A stretch of DNA of 64,000 nucleotides from Octopus sinensis (GCF_006345805.1 NC_043008.1:2852001-2916000); one strand, 5' to 3'. Positions 38,521-53,870 are shown, counted from the stretch's first letter. Numbers and translations: made by a program. Notes: generated from the sequence alone by a model not told the origin.

Positions 38521-41500
38521 AAAACGACATTTACACTTATACACCTACAATTATACAATCTGAAAACATAAGATTTTTCTATTTCAGTTGACAGTGGACA
38601 CGTACTCAAAACGTTTTCGTTGCGAAGCAAATGTCTTAAGTTCGACTGAATGCTGATGCGAATAAATTACGTTAAGACATATATTAACGAGAAACTGCAA
38701 AAAATTGAGACACCTCTTAATCAGGTATTTTTTCGTTGTTTCCGAGAATATGACGTCAAGTCTAATTATAAGCCAAAACTGACGCTTACTGATGATCTCA
38801 GAGGAAATTTTCATTTACAAAGCAGTGTCTCCGTCGTGTCTTTGATCACTGTTTCATCTTTTTTTATTAGTACAATTTGTAATAACTCTCATCGTTAGAA
38901 AAAATGTTATTAAATCCCCTTGATAAAAATCAATTAAAACATTCTGCTTTTCCCTCCACTTCAGATTAATAACATTCGATTCCCGGAGTTTTAAAACTTA
39001 AAATAAATTTAGCTATAATGTAATTGCCAAGTCTTTGTATTTATGTTATCGTAGAATTATAAAAGCTTATCTCAACCCTTGGAGTGATTAAATGTTTTTC
39101 AAAACCCTGCACTGCAAGCTAAATGTTCATTATCGAATTTTTATGTTCATGCTGTCGCACGCATATTTATTTAATAAAAAAGTTAAATCAGCTTAACTAA
39201 CATTTTTAATCATAGTTCTACGCTAATAATAGCACTCCACTCTTTCTGTTGTTTTAAAAACTTTCTCTACACAGACGCCTTCTACACATACAACACACAC
39301 ACACTACATTTATCAATAATGTCATCGCGAGTAGGCGTCATTGTGGATATGAAAACCAAGCTTCTTTGAAACAGTACAAAGTATAATTCACACATAAGCT
39401 GCCTTTTACCTCGTATTGTTTAGTGAAGAATAAACATTTCTAAGTTTCCAATGTCAATGCAGAACTTACATTTCGCTGTCTCTGACTATCACCCATTGCT
39501 TCTCTTTGTATTTTTTAGCGTCGACAGATATCCCAAAAAGTAATATTGCGTTTGGCATGTCAGAGGTTAAAGGACTGCCGAATTATCCATGAACAAACAG
39601 GAAATCCAGGTATTTGACTAATCTCCAATTATTGAATCACTATCACGCTTCACTTAATGGACATCTATATGCATTTTTCATCTTAATTTCCGTTTCACCA
39701 ATACAATGACATCTACGTACTGTGCCTATTATCCACAACACTGCAATGAAATTTTACCCAGGACCGAAAGTGAAAGACAGTGCACTAAAATCTTACCCCT
39801 ATTTTAACAGAAATGCTGCTCTCTGAAATATTCTTCGCCTCCTTATTGTTGTCATGAAATACGAAAGCTGTCATCAATTGCTCTTTTAATAATACTGAAC
39901 ACGAAGTCGTTCCAAAGCGAAATTCATTATAAAAGCATTTGAAGTGTAAAGATTTAATACCCTCAGAATATATACCGCTTCTTCATTCCATGTGTTTACT
40001 GTAAACGAAGTTATACAAGAAGACCTAGTACTCCTTTAATTGTTTAACGATATAGCCCTAATTAAAGGAATCCGTTGGCAAGATTTCCATCAATTATGAA
40101 TTATATTTCCTTCAGGATATATCCTTAGTTTTGAAAATTATTAATAATGGCTGCTGAAGTCTCATACTTGTCTTATTATACTATGAAAATGACGGTTATT
40201 TTATCACTTGAATTACTTATAGCTATAGACAAAGAAATGCAGGGACAAAGATAGTAAGCAAAACAGAAAAAAAAACTAGCGAACATCTTTTCATCTACAT
40301 ATTTCTAATACATAGGCGTTTTCATTTTCATAGAATATTAACAATCACAATTGTGACGACGATTCGGATGTACAAGGAAGAATTAAGTAAACATTCGCTA
40401 ATTCAGTAGATATAATTTTCTACTGTGCCAAATGTTTCTACGTTTGTTTTCTGTTCACACTTAATTGAGGACACTAACATTTCAGACGAAAAAGAACCAT
40501 AAGAGGAAGGAGAGTGATTCGTTCCAACTGTCATATTCATATGGAAAAATAATTGATTAATAGGTGTGAGGAATGAAGGTAAATCTTTATTTCTTAGAGC
40601 TATTTTGTGTAAGACCATTCCGCTTTCTAAGAAATTTAAAGGGACCATGTTGTAATAGATGAATATATACACGATTCAAGAACATTTTATTTGAAGGCGC
40701 AGCAGCTATTGAGAAATGGTTTTTGCAATTCACGGTAGCTGATTCTTTTTAACTACATGTGTTTGATGTATTACAGAGAATTAACGAACATAGCTTTCTT
40801 TGATGTCATTGAAAGTATCAGATCATGTACAGAGAATCATAAGAGGAATTGTTTGTTGTCCTATTTTGTGAGTGGATGACAAAATCAAAGTTCCTGTTGC
40901 CAAATCCTTAGATGGAACAATGCATCTTGAAATTCGTTTGAATTACAGAACCCAAGATACAGGAATCATCTCTTGAATGAAGTTAAGTTGAATCTACAAG
41001 AATTGATGCAAGGTAAATGATTTAATCGCTAAAATGGAAGTTTGAAATTTCTAAGTACAGTTCCACACAAAATGGTGGAACACTTTAAAAATTTGTTCCT
41101 CAATAATAAAGTATCATCCAAGGAAAAAGCAAAATAGTTTTAAAGGATTTTTACATTTGGAGGATTTTATTAGGAACAGACATCAATGACGATGAGAAGA
41201 AGCATTTTTAACATTGTGTTCTTAAAATCTTGAAACATAATTACTCTAATGACAGCACCGGAATATTAGCCTATCTTCTTTCTAAATCGTTATTCCATCG
41301 AAGATACTCGTTTTCATGGCAGTAAAACATATAGAGAAATTAGGGGAAAATCGTAAACAATGCATGGTGCACACTCATCGAAAATAGCAGTGCTCAGGTG
41401 AATATCTTGTATTCCATTATATGTTGGATATGTATACTTTATGCCAAACATCGATGAAAACTAGATTAGTTAAGAAGTTTTAAAATAGAAATTTACCTCT

Positions 41501-43138
41501 AGATAATATAAAAAAATTGTCAAGCGAACTTTGATTATGCTCTCATATATAAAACATTTGTTTAACCGATATTTATCAACCTACAATTATACAATCTGAA
41601 AACATAAGATTTTTCTATAAACTTTCGATGATTGATTTAAACATAAGGCCATCTCTGTTTCAAGCTCTCAGTCCATGATTCTACAAAGATGTCCTTCTCA
41701 TTATTTTGATCAAAATTATCTTGAGCTTACAATAAATGTCCTCTCTCGCGATGTTGATTTTGCTATATGTGATCCAAGTTCAGAAATGCACTTCTTATTT
41801 GCAGTGTGGAAAACACCAGGCCTCTCACCTACCACAGAAGCAGAGAGATGGATAATTTTTAGTCAAGTCATATATATTTATCATTTTATATTTAATAGAC
41901 ATAGAATCGGAATTGATCTAGCAAATATGGGAAATTTTAGAATCGTACAGACTCGAGTTGTTTATTGCGTTAGGTTTCAAATCGTGAACTCTTACCAATC
42001 TTCACTATTGGATGAGACTGAAAACCTCAGCATAATGAGAGTTCACAGTATTCCGATTTTGAGGCAGCAGTATAAGTATTTGAGATAAACAAATACTCAT
42101 TAAGTATTTGTTCATCTCAAAGCAAGCATTTCTAAAACCAAACGTACCTGTGATGATCACTACATGTTCCCTATTGACAACGAAAAGAGTGAGCAGTGAA
42201 TAATACGTTGTAGATTGAAACACAAGTCAATCGGTTGTATACCGTTTCAATGACGTTGGCAGCTCTAAGTTTGTGAGGAGGTGTTGTTAGTAGAATAAAC
42301 TCTGACACACTTCAAAATGCGTTTTCTGAATCTTGAAATTCTCTGCTACAAAATCTTGCAGGTAAAAGATAAGCTAGTGAGGAAGTTAAGATTCAATAAA
42401 GAAACAAATACGACAGGGAACGAAAGAAAAGTCAAGTGCATACGTGCGGATCATGCAACCTTGCAGTAAAAGATGGGATCCTCATACATTGGACTTCAGA
42501 GAGAAAAGGGGTTATAAGAAGATAAGCTAAACTCGTGTTCAAAATTAGCAACAATTTATGATGCGATAAAAAAATATGCTACAACAAAGTTCGATGCGAA
42601 GCTATCAAAGGATATTTTTAGTGTACCCTCAGAAGTTTCATGTACCTTCTGTGATGTTAATCGAGGAGGTTTAAGATCGATTGGCGTAAAAAATGACAAA
42701 TTTCAAGTTGAATAAAGCTACTGAAATGAGGGAGACTTTGAACAATGTACCAGGGATATATGTCCGTGAAATATAGGATTTAATATAAATAATGTGGAAT
42801 GTTACTTTCTTGGTTTTAAATAAAACCCAGTAAAATATTTTTTCAGGAATAAGTTTATATTAACTCCAAACAAAACGTCAGTTGTTACAATAAATTTAGA
42901 AATGTTTCACGTTAATGAAAATGTATTTGGTCCTAAACTCAACGGTGAACACACAAGAGTTCATTGTGAATAATATTTATATAACATCAATTAATAAGCC
43001 TATAAAAAACATAAGTATGGCTACCAAATATAGTGTTCTGTTGCATTTTGTCGAATTCGCAAGTGATGTTGTTCTTCAGCAACCATCTGTGGTTTTACAT
43101 TAAATTATAAATCAGTGGTACGTGACACATTTACCAAG

Positions 43139-43177
<39 letters not shown>

Positions 43178-45278
43178 TATATACCTATTTCTCTCTCCTA
43201 CTCTCCCCTACACACACGCACACACTACTTAATTAAAAATGATATCCTTCCGATAACATTAAGCAGGATACTGCATATTGGATTTTAAAGTAATCTATGC
43301 TGACCCATATTCAAGACAAAAGTGTTCACGATATGCATTAATTAATAGGCTTCAATTAATATTGAAAAGAATCAAACATTTTCAGTAACTTAAGTAAAAC
43401 AATTGCTATTTTGGTATTAATTTTATTAAAAAGATAATGAAAAGATTCTAATAAAAAAGCAAAATGCACATCTTTAAATTCGAACTGAAGATGCTAATGG
43501 AAACGATTTCATAGAACAAGACTAAGTCTTAGGATGGTTAGTATAGGAAGCATGAATTGCCTACCGTGATGCAAATATCTTCTTTCGAGAATGAAAGATG
43601 AATAGTGAGGGATAATTTATAAACTCTCCGTGATTATTGCTACATGACACAACAGCCTCATTGTTGCACTCATGGGTAAAGGAAAACCACAGAGCACACA
43701 AATTTACAAGAATCACTAATGTCTAATTATGCTACATGACCATTTTCAAATAAGATCAAAATATTCCTAGAATTTCATCCAAATGTTTTGAAAAGGAAAC
43801 ATCTCCACTCAGAAGGACGCATGCCAAGAAACATTACATTTTATATAAAGAGGATATCTGGTTTGATATATTCGGTTCGTTTGCTGAGGAATATTCTGCA
43901 AACTGTTTAAGAATATGAATCTACTGAGAGAACAACATGAACCGAAATCGGTAAAATTTCTTGTCAGTTTGAGGACTTCACTGAATAATATTTCTATCTA
44001 TTCCAATATTTAGCATTTTTTATTTATCCCGGATTATTGAAATGTTAAATCCGTCACGAATAGAAATTATATTATGAATATATTCAAGTAAATACAATGA
44101 AACAGGTTCTTCGGTACTCCATAACTTCTTCTAAGGTGGCGCATTGGAATATCTTCTAGAACATGCTTACACTATATTCTATATATATGTATATTCTCAA
44201 TAAAATATAAAGCACTGTCATTGCAATCAGGAATAAGACAATTATGAATGATCATTGATGTAAATATTCTTTTCTACCCAAGGCCCAAGGCCCGAAATGA
44301 TTGATCTCAGAATGTAAAGAATTATTTGATAAACGCACACTCGTAAGCATTCTGTTTCTGACAACAAATAATGAATGATTTTCCAATATTAAATATGTAG
44401 AAACTGACTTCTCGTCTACTGGAATATTGATGACACAACATACTTAGAAGTAACTAAATGAAATAATGCGTGGGAAATGTTTCTATTTATCTGACAGAAA
44501 CCATGGAAATGCAATCCATATCTATACTTTAGATAAATGAAAATTGTATTCTTATCTAGACTCATACAAATTTATTCCAAGTTAAAATATTTCGTAAAAA
44601 CATAATCAGATGTTGGTAAGAATCAATATATCAGCTATCAAACTTTAATCCTCTGTTATCTCAAGATTTATCAATGTTACATCTTATCAGTTACAGAACG
44701 ATACAAATAAAGATGTAGTTGGCTATGAATGGGGTATATTCTTCTGAATTATATACTATCACGAGCAGGTAGAATGGAATCATCGCAAAATTCAGCCAAT
44801 TAGATAACTTTGTGGCATTATATATTGCAAAGTAAAGATTATTAGATGCACAAAGATAAGATATTATAGTACGTTTCCAAAGAATGTTATAGAATCAATT
44901 CATTTTTGAGGGTCTATCAAGCAATAATATCATAATTCAATTTACAGACCCAACCGAATAATTTAACACTGAACACATTTATACGTTTTTAGTTTTATAA
45001 CATTTCATATTTCACTAAACTTTTGCGGAGTATCTTTTAGATTTTATTCTCATTAGATCGTGGCCATGCTAGGGCAAGCTTGAATTTTTGTTTTAGTCAA
45101 AGGAATCATCATCGATACGTATATCTTAAGACCTGCTACACATTTTATCGATCTCTTTTGCAGAACCGCTATTTTAGGAGGAGGTAAACACACCAAAATT
45201 GAATGTCAAGCAGTAGTAAGGCACAAACGCACACACGAAGACAAAACACACCCACGCACATACACCGCGCACACACAT

Positions 45279-45322
<44 letters not shown>

Positions 45323-45630
45323 ACACACAGACACACTCACACATACATATATATATGTACAAACTTATACAAATACCGAAAGCTCTTGACCGAAAATACA
45401 GTGGCATTGAATAAATATGTAATTGCTGGTAATCCAACAGTTTTGCAACTAAGATACGCTCTCAATATTGTTGTCTCTTACCATTTATTAGCAGAGTCAT
45501 ACATTTTTACATCTCTGTATATTTATTACATATGGAACTCAGAGCCGCCATTTCAAACTGCGTAAATGATGCAATCGAAGATTAAAACCATAGTGTACAA
45601 GGGTGCACAAGTGTATGCGCTGTGCATAGT

Positions 45631-45851
45631 TATTTCTTTATTGCCCACAAGCGGCTAAACACAGAGGGGACGAACAAGGACAGACAAACGGATTAAGTCG
45701 ATTACATCGACCCCAGTGCGTAACTGGTACTTAATTTATCGACCCCGAAAGGATGAAAGGTAAAGTGGTTATCGGCGGAATTTGAACTCAGACGAAATAT
45801 GGCTACGCATTTCGCCCGGCGTGCTAACGGTTCTGCCAGCTCGCTGCCTTC
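45631..45851 (-). mobile_element. Full-length SINE with a 17-bp target-site duplication
   Basis: Reverse complement of the 52139-52370 family. TATGCGCTGTGCATAGT occurs at 45614-45630 and 45852-45868. Confidence 0.92.
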
Positions 45852-48629
45852 TATGCGCTGTGCATAGTGCCTATGCATAGCATCTATGTTTTAGCATTTT
45901 CGATTGCCTTGTTTACATAACTGTTTATTTCGATGCGCAATTGTTAACGAAACCTCATAACTTGCCGTGCAGGCTTGTAAGTTGTTAGCGATGTATAGCA
46001 ATAAAGTTAAAAGTAACGACTAGACAGGTGGTGTGCGCATAAACACTGACCTACTAGCACACCTCGGTTGAGTGGATGACAACGTATTCCTCTTCGAAAT
46101 CAGATCAGTTGCATTCCATACTGACAGAACAGAACACCCAGAGTTCATATGTAGATTTTAAATTAAAATAAACCTTATGAAAACAAAATGTGGCCTGAAA
46201 ACTGAATAGAAGAGAGAAAAAAGTTATTAAATTTGTGAAGGAATACATGTACTTAAAACACAGTGAATATGTGCTGGGACATGCATGCAAAATCTCGGTG
46301 ACAGCATAAATAGGATGGAAGGTGTTTACTTCAACAAAGGTTGTGCTCAACGCACAGCTTGATAAGGAGAAATTATGTCGTTATAGCGCCCTATCTGTGC
46401 AATATCTAGGTACTGCAATGAAGGAAGAACATCGATTGGGCACGAAGCAAAGATCCCTGGAAGTCTCTTTGTGTGATCATATGTGAAATGAAGTAATTTG
46501 AGAACTGAGTGGGTTTAATACGTGATCACTGTATATTGAATGCAGAAATCCCTTGGAGATGGGGATATGCCACAGGTGGAGAAAAAGTTGTTGCCGACTG
46601 GTAACCGGGAGATCGGAAAAGGCATCTTGGTATGCTTCAATGAAGACGGACAGGCGATTTAGTTAAACGATTTTGGACAAGATGGAAAAGGGTGGCGCAA
46701 TTGAGAAAAAAATTGTGACCATCGATGTTCAGCAGAATCCGATTTTCTGGTCGATACAAGTGATAACGTTTTCATAACCCAGTATTCATATGAATTTTGC
46801 TCTAATCAATTTCACAGTATACGAATATGAAGGAAATTGAAAAATGGTTAATTGTAAAAATAATAAATTAGATTTAGTTTCTGGTTTCACGAAATCTTGT
46901 TAAGTTTCCAGATTCATAATTCATCAATATTAACTTATCACTAATAAGGTTTGGATTTAAGATATATATAGCGCAACTCACAGAATCATATTTATTAAAC
47001 AGTCGATTGAATATTTCATTAACTTGCAGGATTTCATGATGATGTGGAATAGATTGGCAGATATGGTGATTATGGATCATGGCTGTAGAAGTGTTGGCAG
47101 TAAAAGAGATTGCAATCGGCAGACAACTGGCCACTCAAACTCAGCTGCTACAATCTGTATCACCTACAAACTCACCGATTCCAATCTTAGTATGATTGCA
47201 TCTTATCACACACCATGCACACCAGATTTCGCACCTCCTTTGCTCTCCTCATTTGAAACTGAATTACTTCACACTGAATGTGTGGCCTTTGTAATATTAA
47301 CATTTTTACCTCCTATGTGTATTAAAGCGGAATTAAACTACTGGAAACAGCGGTTACAATGTTTCCATTCCGTAGCATTTCGTACAAGAAATTTATAAAT
47401 TTATTCTTTTACTTTGTAACTTATATTTTCGATAAATTTAATTCACACCACAACTGAATAGCCATCACTTGTACAACATCAGTTCCTCATTTCTCACGAG
47501 AATGTCAAAACGGATATTTGCCATAAAATAACACAGATACTCAGTTCTATTAAATAAGCACCACTCATTATTTCCGTTCAGTAAGAAGGCATCTCGCGAT
47601 TTGTTCGTCGAGCTGAAACTTTGAAGATAATAATAGTTTAAGTTATTAGTAATGAACTAATTTTTATATATTAAATATGCTTCACTAGTATTATCTGCAG
47701 GGTATCACTACTTTCTCCAGGAAACAACCAGCCAGTGATGAATGTACACGCACCCACAGGCATAACTATATTTTGGTCGGTAAAATATTATGTATTTTAT
47801 ATTAAATGTTTACATCCATGTGTATTCGTGTGCGCCTGTGCTTGTGTATGTCTGTGTAAAACGCAATATCGCTGTAGAATGTGATGAGTGAATAAAAATT
47901 CACAGTGATATTACTCCGTTTATTTTGCTCTGTTTGCCCGTAAGGTAAGTACTTCGCTCTTTTTAAAATAGATACCGATAAAACACTTTACAGAGGAAAA
48001 TCGGGAGCAGAAATAATAATCTCTGATTCAAAGCGTGCCGGTATTTCAAGTAATAAAACATGATAATGTATCATTATCATCAAAGAATTAATAATAGAAA
48101 AATATATTCATGGTTAAACAATCTGAACGGATAAACAACGAAGTTAGCTGATATCCTTCTAACAGGACTAGATACACATGTGTGATGACTAAGAGGTTTG
48201 TTAAATCGAATGAGGTACTTAAATAATAAGCCATTTCGTGTACTCTGGAAGCATGAGTAGATACCAAATAAGAAGAATATTCAAGCCGGGTAACTAAACA
48301 ACGAGGGCATTCTTTGGGATGCTGTAACGATTGTAGAAGCTGAATGATGCATCAGTTAACAATTACCTCAACCTTAAACTGTCTAATGTATGACATATTA
48401 CGCTTAAGCTGTGGAGTTTTCTCATTTCTCATTTGTTTTGTCAGCGAAAACTCATGCATGATTTAATTCCAAGCAGGAACATCTTTTGAGAATTGGCAAA
48501 TGAAACATTGCATTCTGATGAATGTAGCTAACATGCAACATGGGTTTCAATGTAATATACAAATGATGTATCTGTGCGTGTAAATGCATATATATATATA
48601 TATATATATATGCATATGTATGTATGATG

Positions 48630-48675
<46 letters not shown>

Positions 48676-48852
48676 TGTGTGTGTGTGCATACGTGTATAT
48701 ATATATATATATATGTACATATATATAATATATATACATATGCATATATACATGCAAACAAACATACACACACGCACAAAAACGCACGCGCATCCACACA
48801 CACACATATAACGTTATATGTCCATTTCTTTATCTAAGCTGGTACACTTGCG

Positions 48853-48936
<84 letters not shown>

Positions 48937-49082
48937 TGTGTGTGTGTATGCGTCAATGGTTGTATGCCTCTGTGTATATATACCTACACATAACCACCCA
49001 TGAAATTATAAACCCAGCTATGTTCTGTCTATGCTCGATAGTCTAAACTCGACCAAATTTCACTCATATGCATATAGACAGA

Positions 49083-49121
<39 letters not shown>

Positions 49122-50010
49122 ATATGGTAGCTTATTCGCAATTTCATAATCTAAGAGCAGAAATATGGAGGTCACTAAAGTGACTAAGGGCACTAATCAG
49201 CATAAGTATTACTAGAAATAGGCGTTAAAACTAGACAATAGCCATGAAAAGCACTTCTTAATGACTGTGATGGGAGGCACGTTGCCTACAGCAGGCGACA
49301 TTGCCAGACTATCTGTCATGGACAAATCATCGATCACACGCTACACACCTTCCTTCCAAGCAGTGTCATAAAATGTGGAAGTGAGCTAGAACACTAAAAC
49401 GAACTTGGCATGCGCAACAGACGTCAAGGTTAATCTGTGCCAAACGGTTTCACTGTGTGTGATTTAGCTTCGTTATGACAACAGTCCGGATACTTATTGA
49501 TCATACCTCATATACATATATGTGTATGTAAGTATGCATGTATGTATGTATGTAAATGTATGTTGACAGCAACACATGACAATACGGAAGGTACGTAGTA
49601 AAGTTTTCATATTTACGCTGGACAAAGGATTGCTTTTAAATGTTTGTATTGAAACTTCATAAGTGTCGTATATACACATATAATTCCTTGAAATATGGTA
49701 TTATAACATATGGGAAAGTTATTCAACATCATTTTCAAGATCAACTACCAGGCGGCGAAATTTGCGATACGGTGAATTTTTCTTGAATAACATTATTATT
49801 CTAGTGTTAATACTATGAAACATAAACACGCCACTGTTGTCTTGCGCAAGACACAAACATTAGTTACGTTGCACACAACTTGAAATAGTCTTTATTCGGA
49901 ATGTGATTTTGATACTTGCCTGTGAACATGTTTGCATATGGATATACACATACACAAATATGAGTATGCGTGTGTATGTCTATGCATGTATAGATATGTG
50001 CATATATATA

Positions 50011-50064
<54 letters not shown>

Positions 50065-50083
50065 AATTGTATGTATATATATA

Positions 50084-50291
50084 GTTAACCAAACATGAAC
50101 AAAGAGAAAACACACAGCGCAAGGACGTGGACCAGGTATAGTGTTATTGGACGCTCAGGAAAGGAAAGAAAAAAAGGTGGATTTACCTTTCCGAGTGGAG
50201 CTCTTCGTGAGAAACATAGAGAAAGAAAATGTCCAAGGAAGGGACGACGGAGAAAGAAAATTCGCCATCGATACACACGCGGTCACATCTT
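50084..50291 (-). mobile_element. Second copy of the short hammerhead-bearing repeat, with a degenerate motif at 50181-50215
   Basis: Colinear with 30271-30463. Minus strand GTTT-CTCACGA-A-GAGC-TCC-ACTC-GGAAAGGT. Confidence 0.75.
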
Positions 50292-50392
50292 GAATGACCG
50301 GAGGGGAATGAGTATGTATATATGTAAGTATGTATGTATGTATGTATGCATGTATATATATATATATTATATATATATATATATATAGATAT

Positions 50393-50449
<57 letters not shown>

Positions 50450-50488
50450 ATATATGCATATATGTCTATGGTGTAGCAGCTGCTACAT

Positions 50489-50622
50489 CATGATTCTTGC
50501 TATATTTCGACGAAATAAACTGTGTTGGAATTGGGGGAACAGGGATCAAATACTATCGTGGATATCAGTCTACAGTAAGGTATATATAAGTAGAGAATAC
50601 ATTGTAAACTCATGTATAGACA

Positions 50623-50691
<69 letters not shown>

Positions 50692-50726
50692 CATATTTAT
50701 ATATATATAATATATATTATATATAA

Positions 50727-50791
<65 letters not shown>

Positions 50792-50793
50792 CA

Positions 50794-50869
<76 letters not shown>

Positions 50870-51002
50870 CTATACATGAGTTTACAATGTATTCTCTACT
50901 TATATATACCTTACTGTAGACTGATATCCACGATAGTATTTGATCCCTGTTCCCCCAATTCCAACACACAGTTTATTTCGTCGAAATATACCAAGCATCA
51001 TG
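50489..51002. repeat. Long inverted repeat: arms of about 136 bp (50489-50624 and 50865-51002) around about 240 bp of (TA)n
   Basis: The arms are reverse complements with only a few differences; both give the same [12 protein letters not shown].. translation on opposite strands in the ORF track. Confidence 0.92.
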
Positions 51003-52138
51003 TTGCGCCCTTTTGCACAGTGATTTCGTATTTTCCAAATTTTCGTTTTTTTATATCGTATACCTGGCCCGAATAAAATATGGAGATAAGGGCCAATAGC
51101 ACAGACTCTCCAGCCGCTGCAGAACTGTCTTTGTTTCTAGCTCCGAATAATGATTCTTCTGTTGTTGGTTTTTTTAAATATTTCTACATTGTGGACATGA
51201 GCGTTAAAATATCATCTATTATGCGTGCTTCGTATATATCCAATGGCAAGCTAGAAATAATACATAATGATGTTTATATGGAAAGATTGGACAGGTCTCT
51301 GATGTTTTTAAAGTAAGAAGTACTTGAGTGAAGGTTTAGACTGAATGTCTTACAGATAATTCGCAGGAATGATATATTTTCTAAGATGAGGTAGATATAT
51401 AATTCTGCCGTGGGAGAACGCGACATGTAATCTCAGAGCATTCTAAACAGTTATAATGTAGGTCGAAGTCAGGAAAAGAGAATGATAATAAAATGTGCTA
51501 ATATACTAGTAACCGCGTAGCATATTGTCAGTATATTTGGCTGGTAATAAAGTAAGATGTCTTATATTTGATTGCAGTCGAGAATCATGGTGTAGCAGCT
51601 GCAATTTTTCATGTCATCACAAGAATATCAGAAAATCTATCTTCGTAACAGAGATATTTAACAATTAACGCTTGTTGACAATTAATGCTACAAAAAAGAT
51701 TTCGCTATCTCCTCCAGACGTGTTGGCTGCGGCAGCTTTTACAGATACTTACTCGCAAACACACATTCAAGCACACAAACACAGATATACACAAGTACGC
51801 TATACACATGTAGTCATTCATACAATTCATTTGAAATATAAAGTATGAGAGTACGTCTATACGAGTATGCATTCAAAAAACACACGAAATATATAAACAT
51901 AAATGTCTGTCTATATGTGCATATATATACACATATACACACGCTCGCACACACACACATATATGTATATATAGAAACACGCACATGCACGCACACATAC
52001 ATACATACATATTTATGTATATTTTTAAGTCTTTCATATAGATACGTTACTTTTGTTATCGGTTCTCTTTTTGTATAACACTATACTGTGTCTTATTTCT
52101 CTTTGTATTCCCGTTACCTTATAATATTCTTATATTTA

Positions 52139-52820
52139 AAGGCGGCGAGCTGGCAGAAACGATAGCACGCCGGGCGAACTGCTTAGGGATACTTCGTCCG
52201 CCGCTGTTTTCTGTGTTCAAATTACGCCGAGTAGACTTTGCCTTTCATCCTTTCGGGGTCGATTAAATAAGTACCAGTTACGCACTGGTGTCGATATAAT
52301 CGACTTAATCCATTTGTTCGTCCTTGTTTGTCCCCTCTGTGTTTAGCCCCTTGTGGGTAGTAAAGAAATAGGCATTTCGTATGTCTTTATGTTCTGGGTT
52401 CAAATTCCGCCGAGGTCGACTTTGTCTTTCATCCTTTCGTTGTCGCTAAATTAAGTTCTAGTTGCTTACTTGGGTCGATCTAAGCGACTGGCCCTCTTCC
52501 CAAAAATGTTGGGCCTTGTACCTAGGGAAGAAAAGCATTTATATATATATGTGTATATATATATGCATATATAAATGCATATACTTTTCTTTTCTCATAT
52601 AAGGCGTCGAGAAGGTAGAAACGATAGCATGCTGGGCGTAATACTTAGCGGTATTTCGTTTAACTTAACATTATGTGTTCAAATATCGCCGAGGTCGACT
52701 TTGCCTTTCATCCTTTCGGCATCAATAAAACTATGCATCAGTTGCGTACCTAGTTCGATGTAATCGACTTGCCTGCTTTTCCACAAATTTCGTGCCTTGT
52801 GCCTAGAGTAGAAACGATTA
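52139..52820 (+). mobile_element. Cluster of three related SINE units (52139-52370, 52371-52538, 52601-52820)
   Basis: Head GGCGGCGAGCTGGCAGAA, B-box-like GTTCAAAT, and the motif GACTTTGCCTTTCATCCTTTCG three times (resembles the Nin/Deu-type SINE central domain). Confidence 0.88.
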
Positions 52821-52967
52821 GTCTTACATTAGGTTTGTATTTATATATCCCACAAATGTATCCACACCCGCGCACAAAAGGGAAACGTAACCGTGCTTAC
52901 ATATATGTTTAGATGCATGTGAGTATCGGTCAAAGTATCTTTAAACTTATGCATATACAGGTACATA

Positions 52968-53011
<44 letters not shown>

Positions 53012-53424
53012 TGTGTGGATGTGTGTGTATATGTGACTGCGTGTACTTGTGCGTGTGCACATATATGTATGTATGGAGTGTGTGTGTGTCCATTTGTGCA
53101 TGTGTATGTGCGTGTGTCGGTGTATATGCCTATAGGATGCATATAGACATATAGATCTGACAGTTATTTCTCTGGCTTCCAGAATACTTAAATAATATGT
53201 ATCTATTATTTTCGGAGAATTTCATACAGTATTTCGGAAATCCCAAAACCAAATCGGAGCTCCGTAGAAATATATTTTGCAGACGAAAACCTGTTCTTGC
53301 ACATCTCATGTTTGACGATATAGGGAAGACCATGTTGTCACATTACTGCATCATCGACATAGTTACTCTCTCTCTCTCTCTCTCTCTCACGTGCACCCCC
53401 CACACACACGCACACAGAAATTGC

Positions 53425-53870
53425 TGTGATCCGTTCATGTGTACTGACATCGCTCATTTCCAAATGTTCGACCTGGACCCTTTCAAACGTCATACAAGGG
53501 GTCTTGAACGCTTTCATCAGAGATGCCTCAGACACATTCTGTATGTTAGCTAGACCTTGAAAACTCCAGACTCACAGGTCCAGCGGAAAGCTGATATCTT
53601 ACGTATTGAGGCGATGGTCCACAAGCATCGATAACGTTGGACTGGACACCTTATTAGAATGAAGGATAGCAGCATCTCTAAGCAGAACCTATGTGGGGAA
53701 CTTGTGAATGGAAAGAGACCCCGGCAGAAACCAAAGCTGCGATCTAAGGGCTGTGTCAAGACCTCATTAAAGGCCTGTGATATGCATGAGTCTGACTGGG
53801 AGAACAATGCCTGTCATCGCCACAGAGGGAGAAGGAGTTTACGGTGGGGGTCGACACATTTGAGAGAGCA
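53425..53870 (+). pseudogene. RTE-clade (BovB-like) LINE fragment, post-RT C-terminal region
   Basis: Translation FKRHTRGLERFHQRCLRHIL..RWTGHLIRMKDSSISKQNLCGELVNGKRPRQKPKLR..VKTSLK matches the RTE pattern LE.FHQRCLR.IL / RW.GH..RM / GEL..G.R. It contains stops. Confidence 0.9.

Noticed and set aside
41675-42088. 137-aa ORF as a host gene
   Set aside because: No recognisable domain or clear splice structure, and the length is compatible with chance.
46350-46700. Possible RTE C-terminal relic (VSL.DHM.NEVI.ELSG)
   Set aside because: A single short degenerate motif with stops; not enough support to list as a feature.
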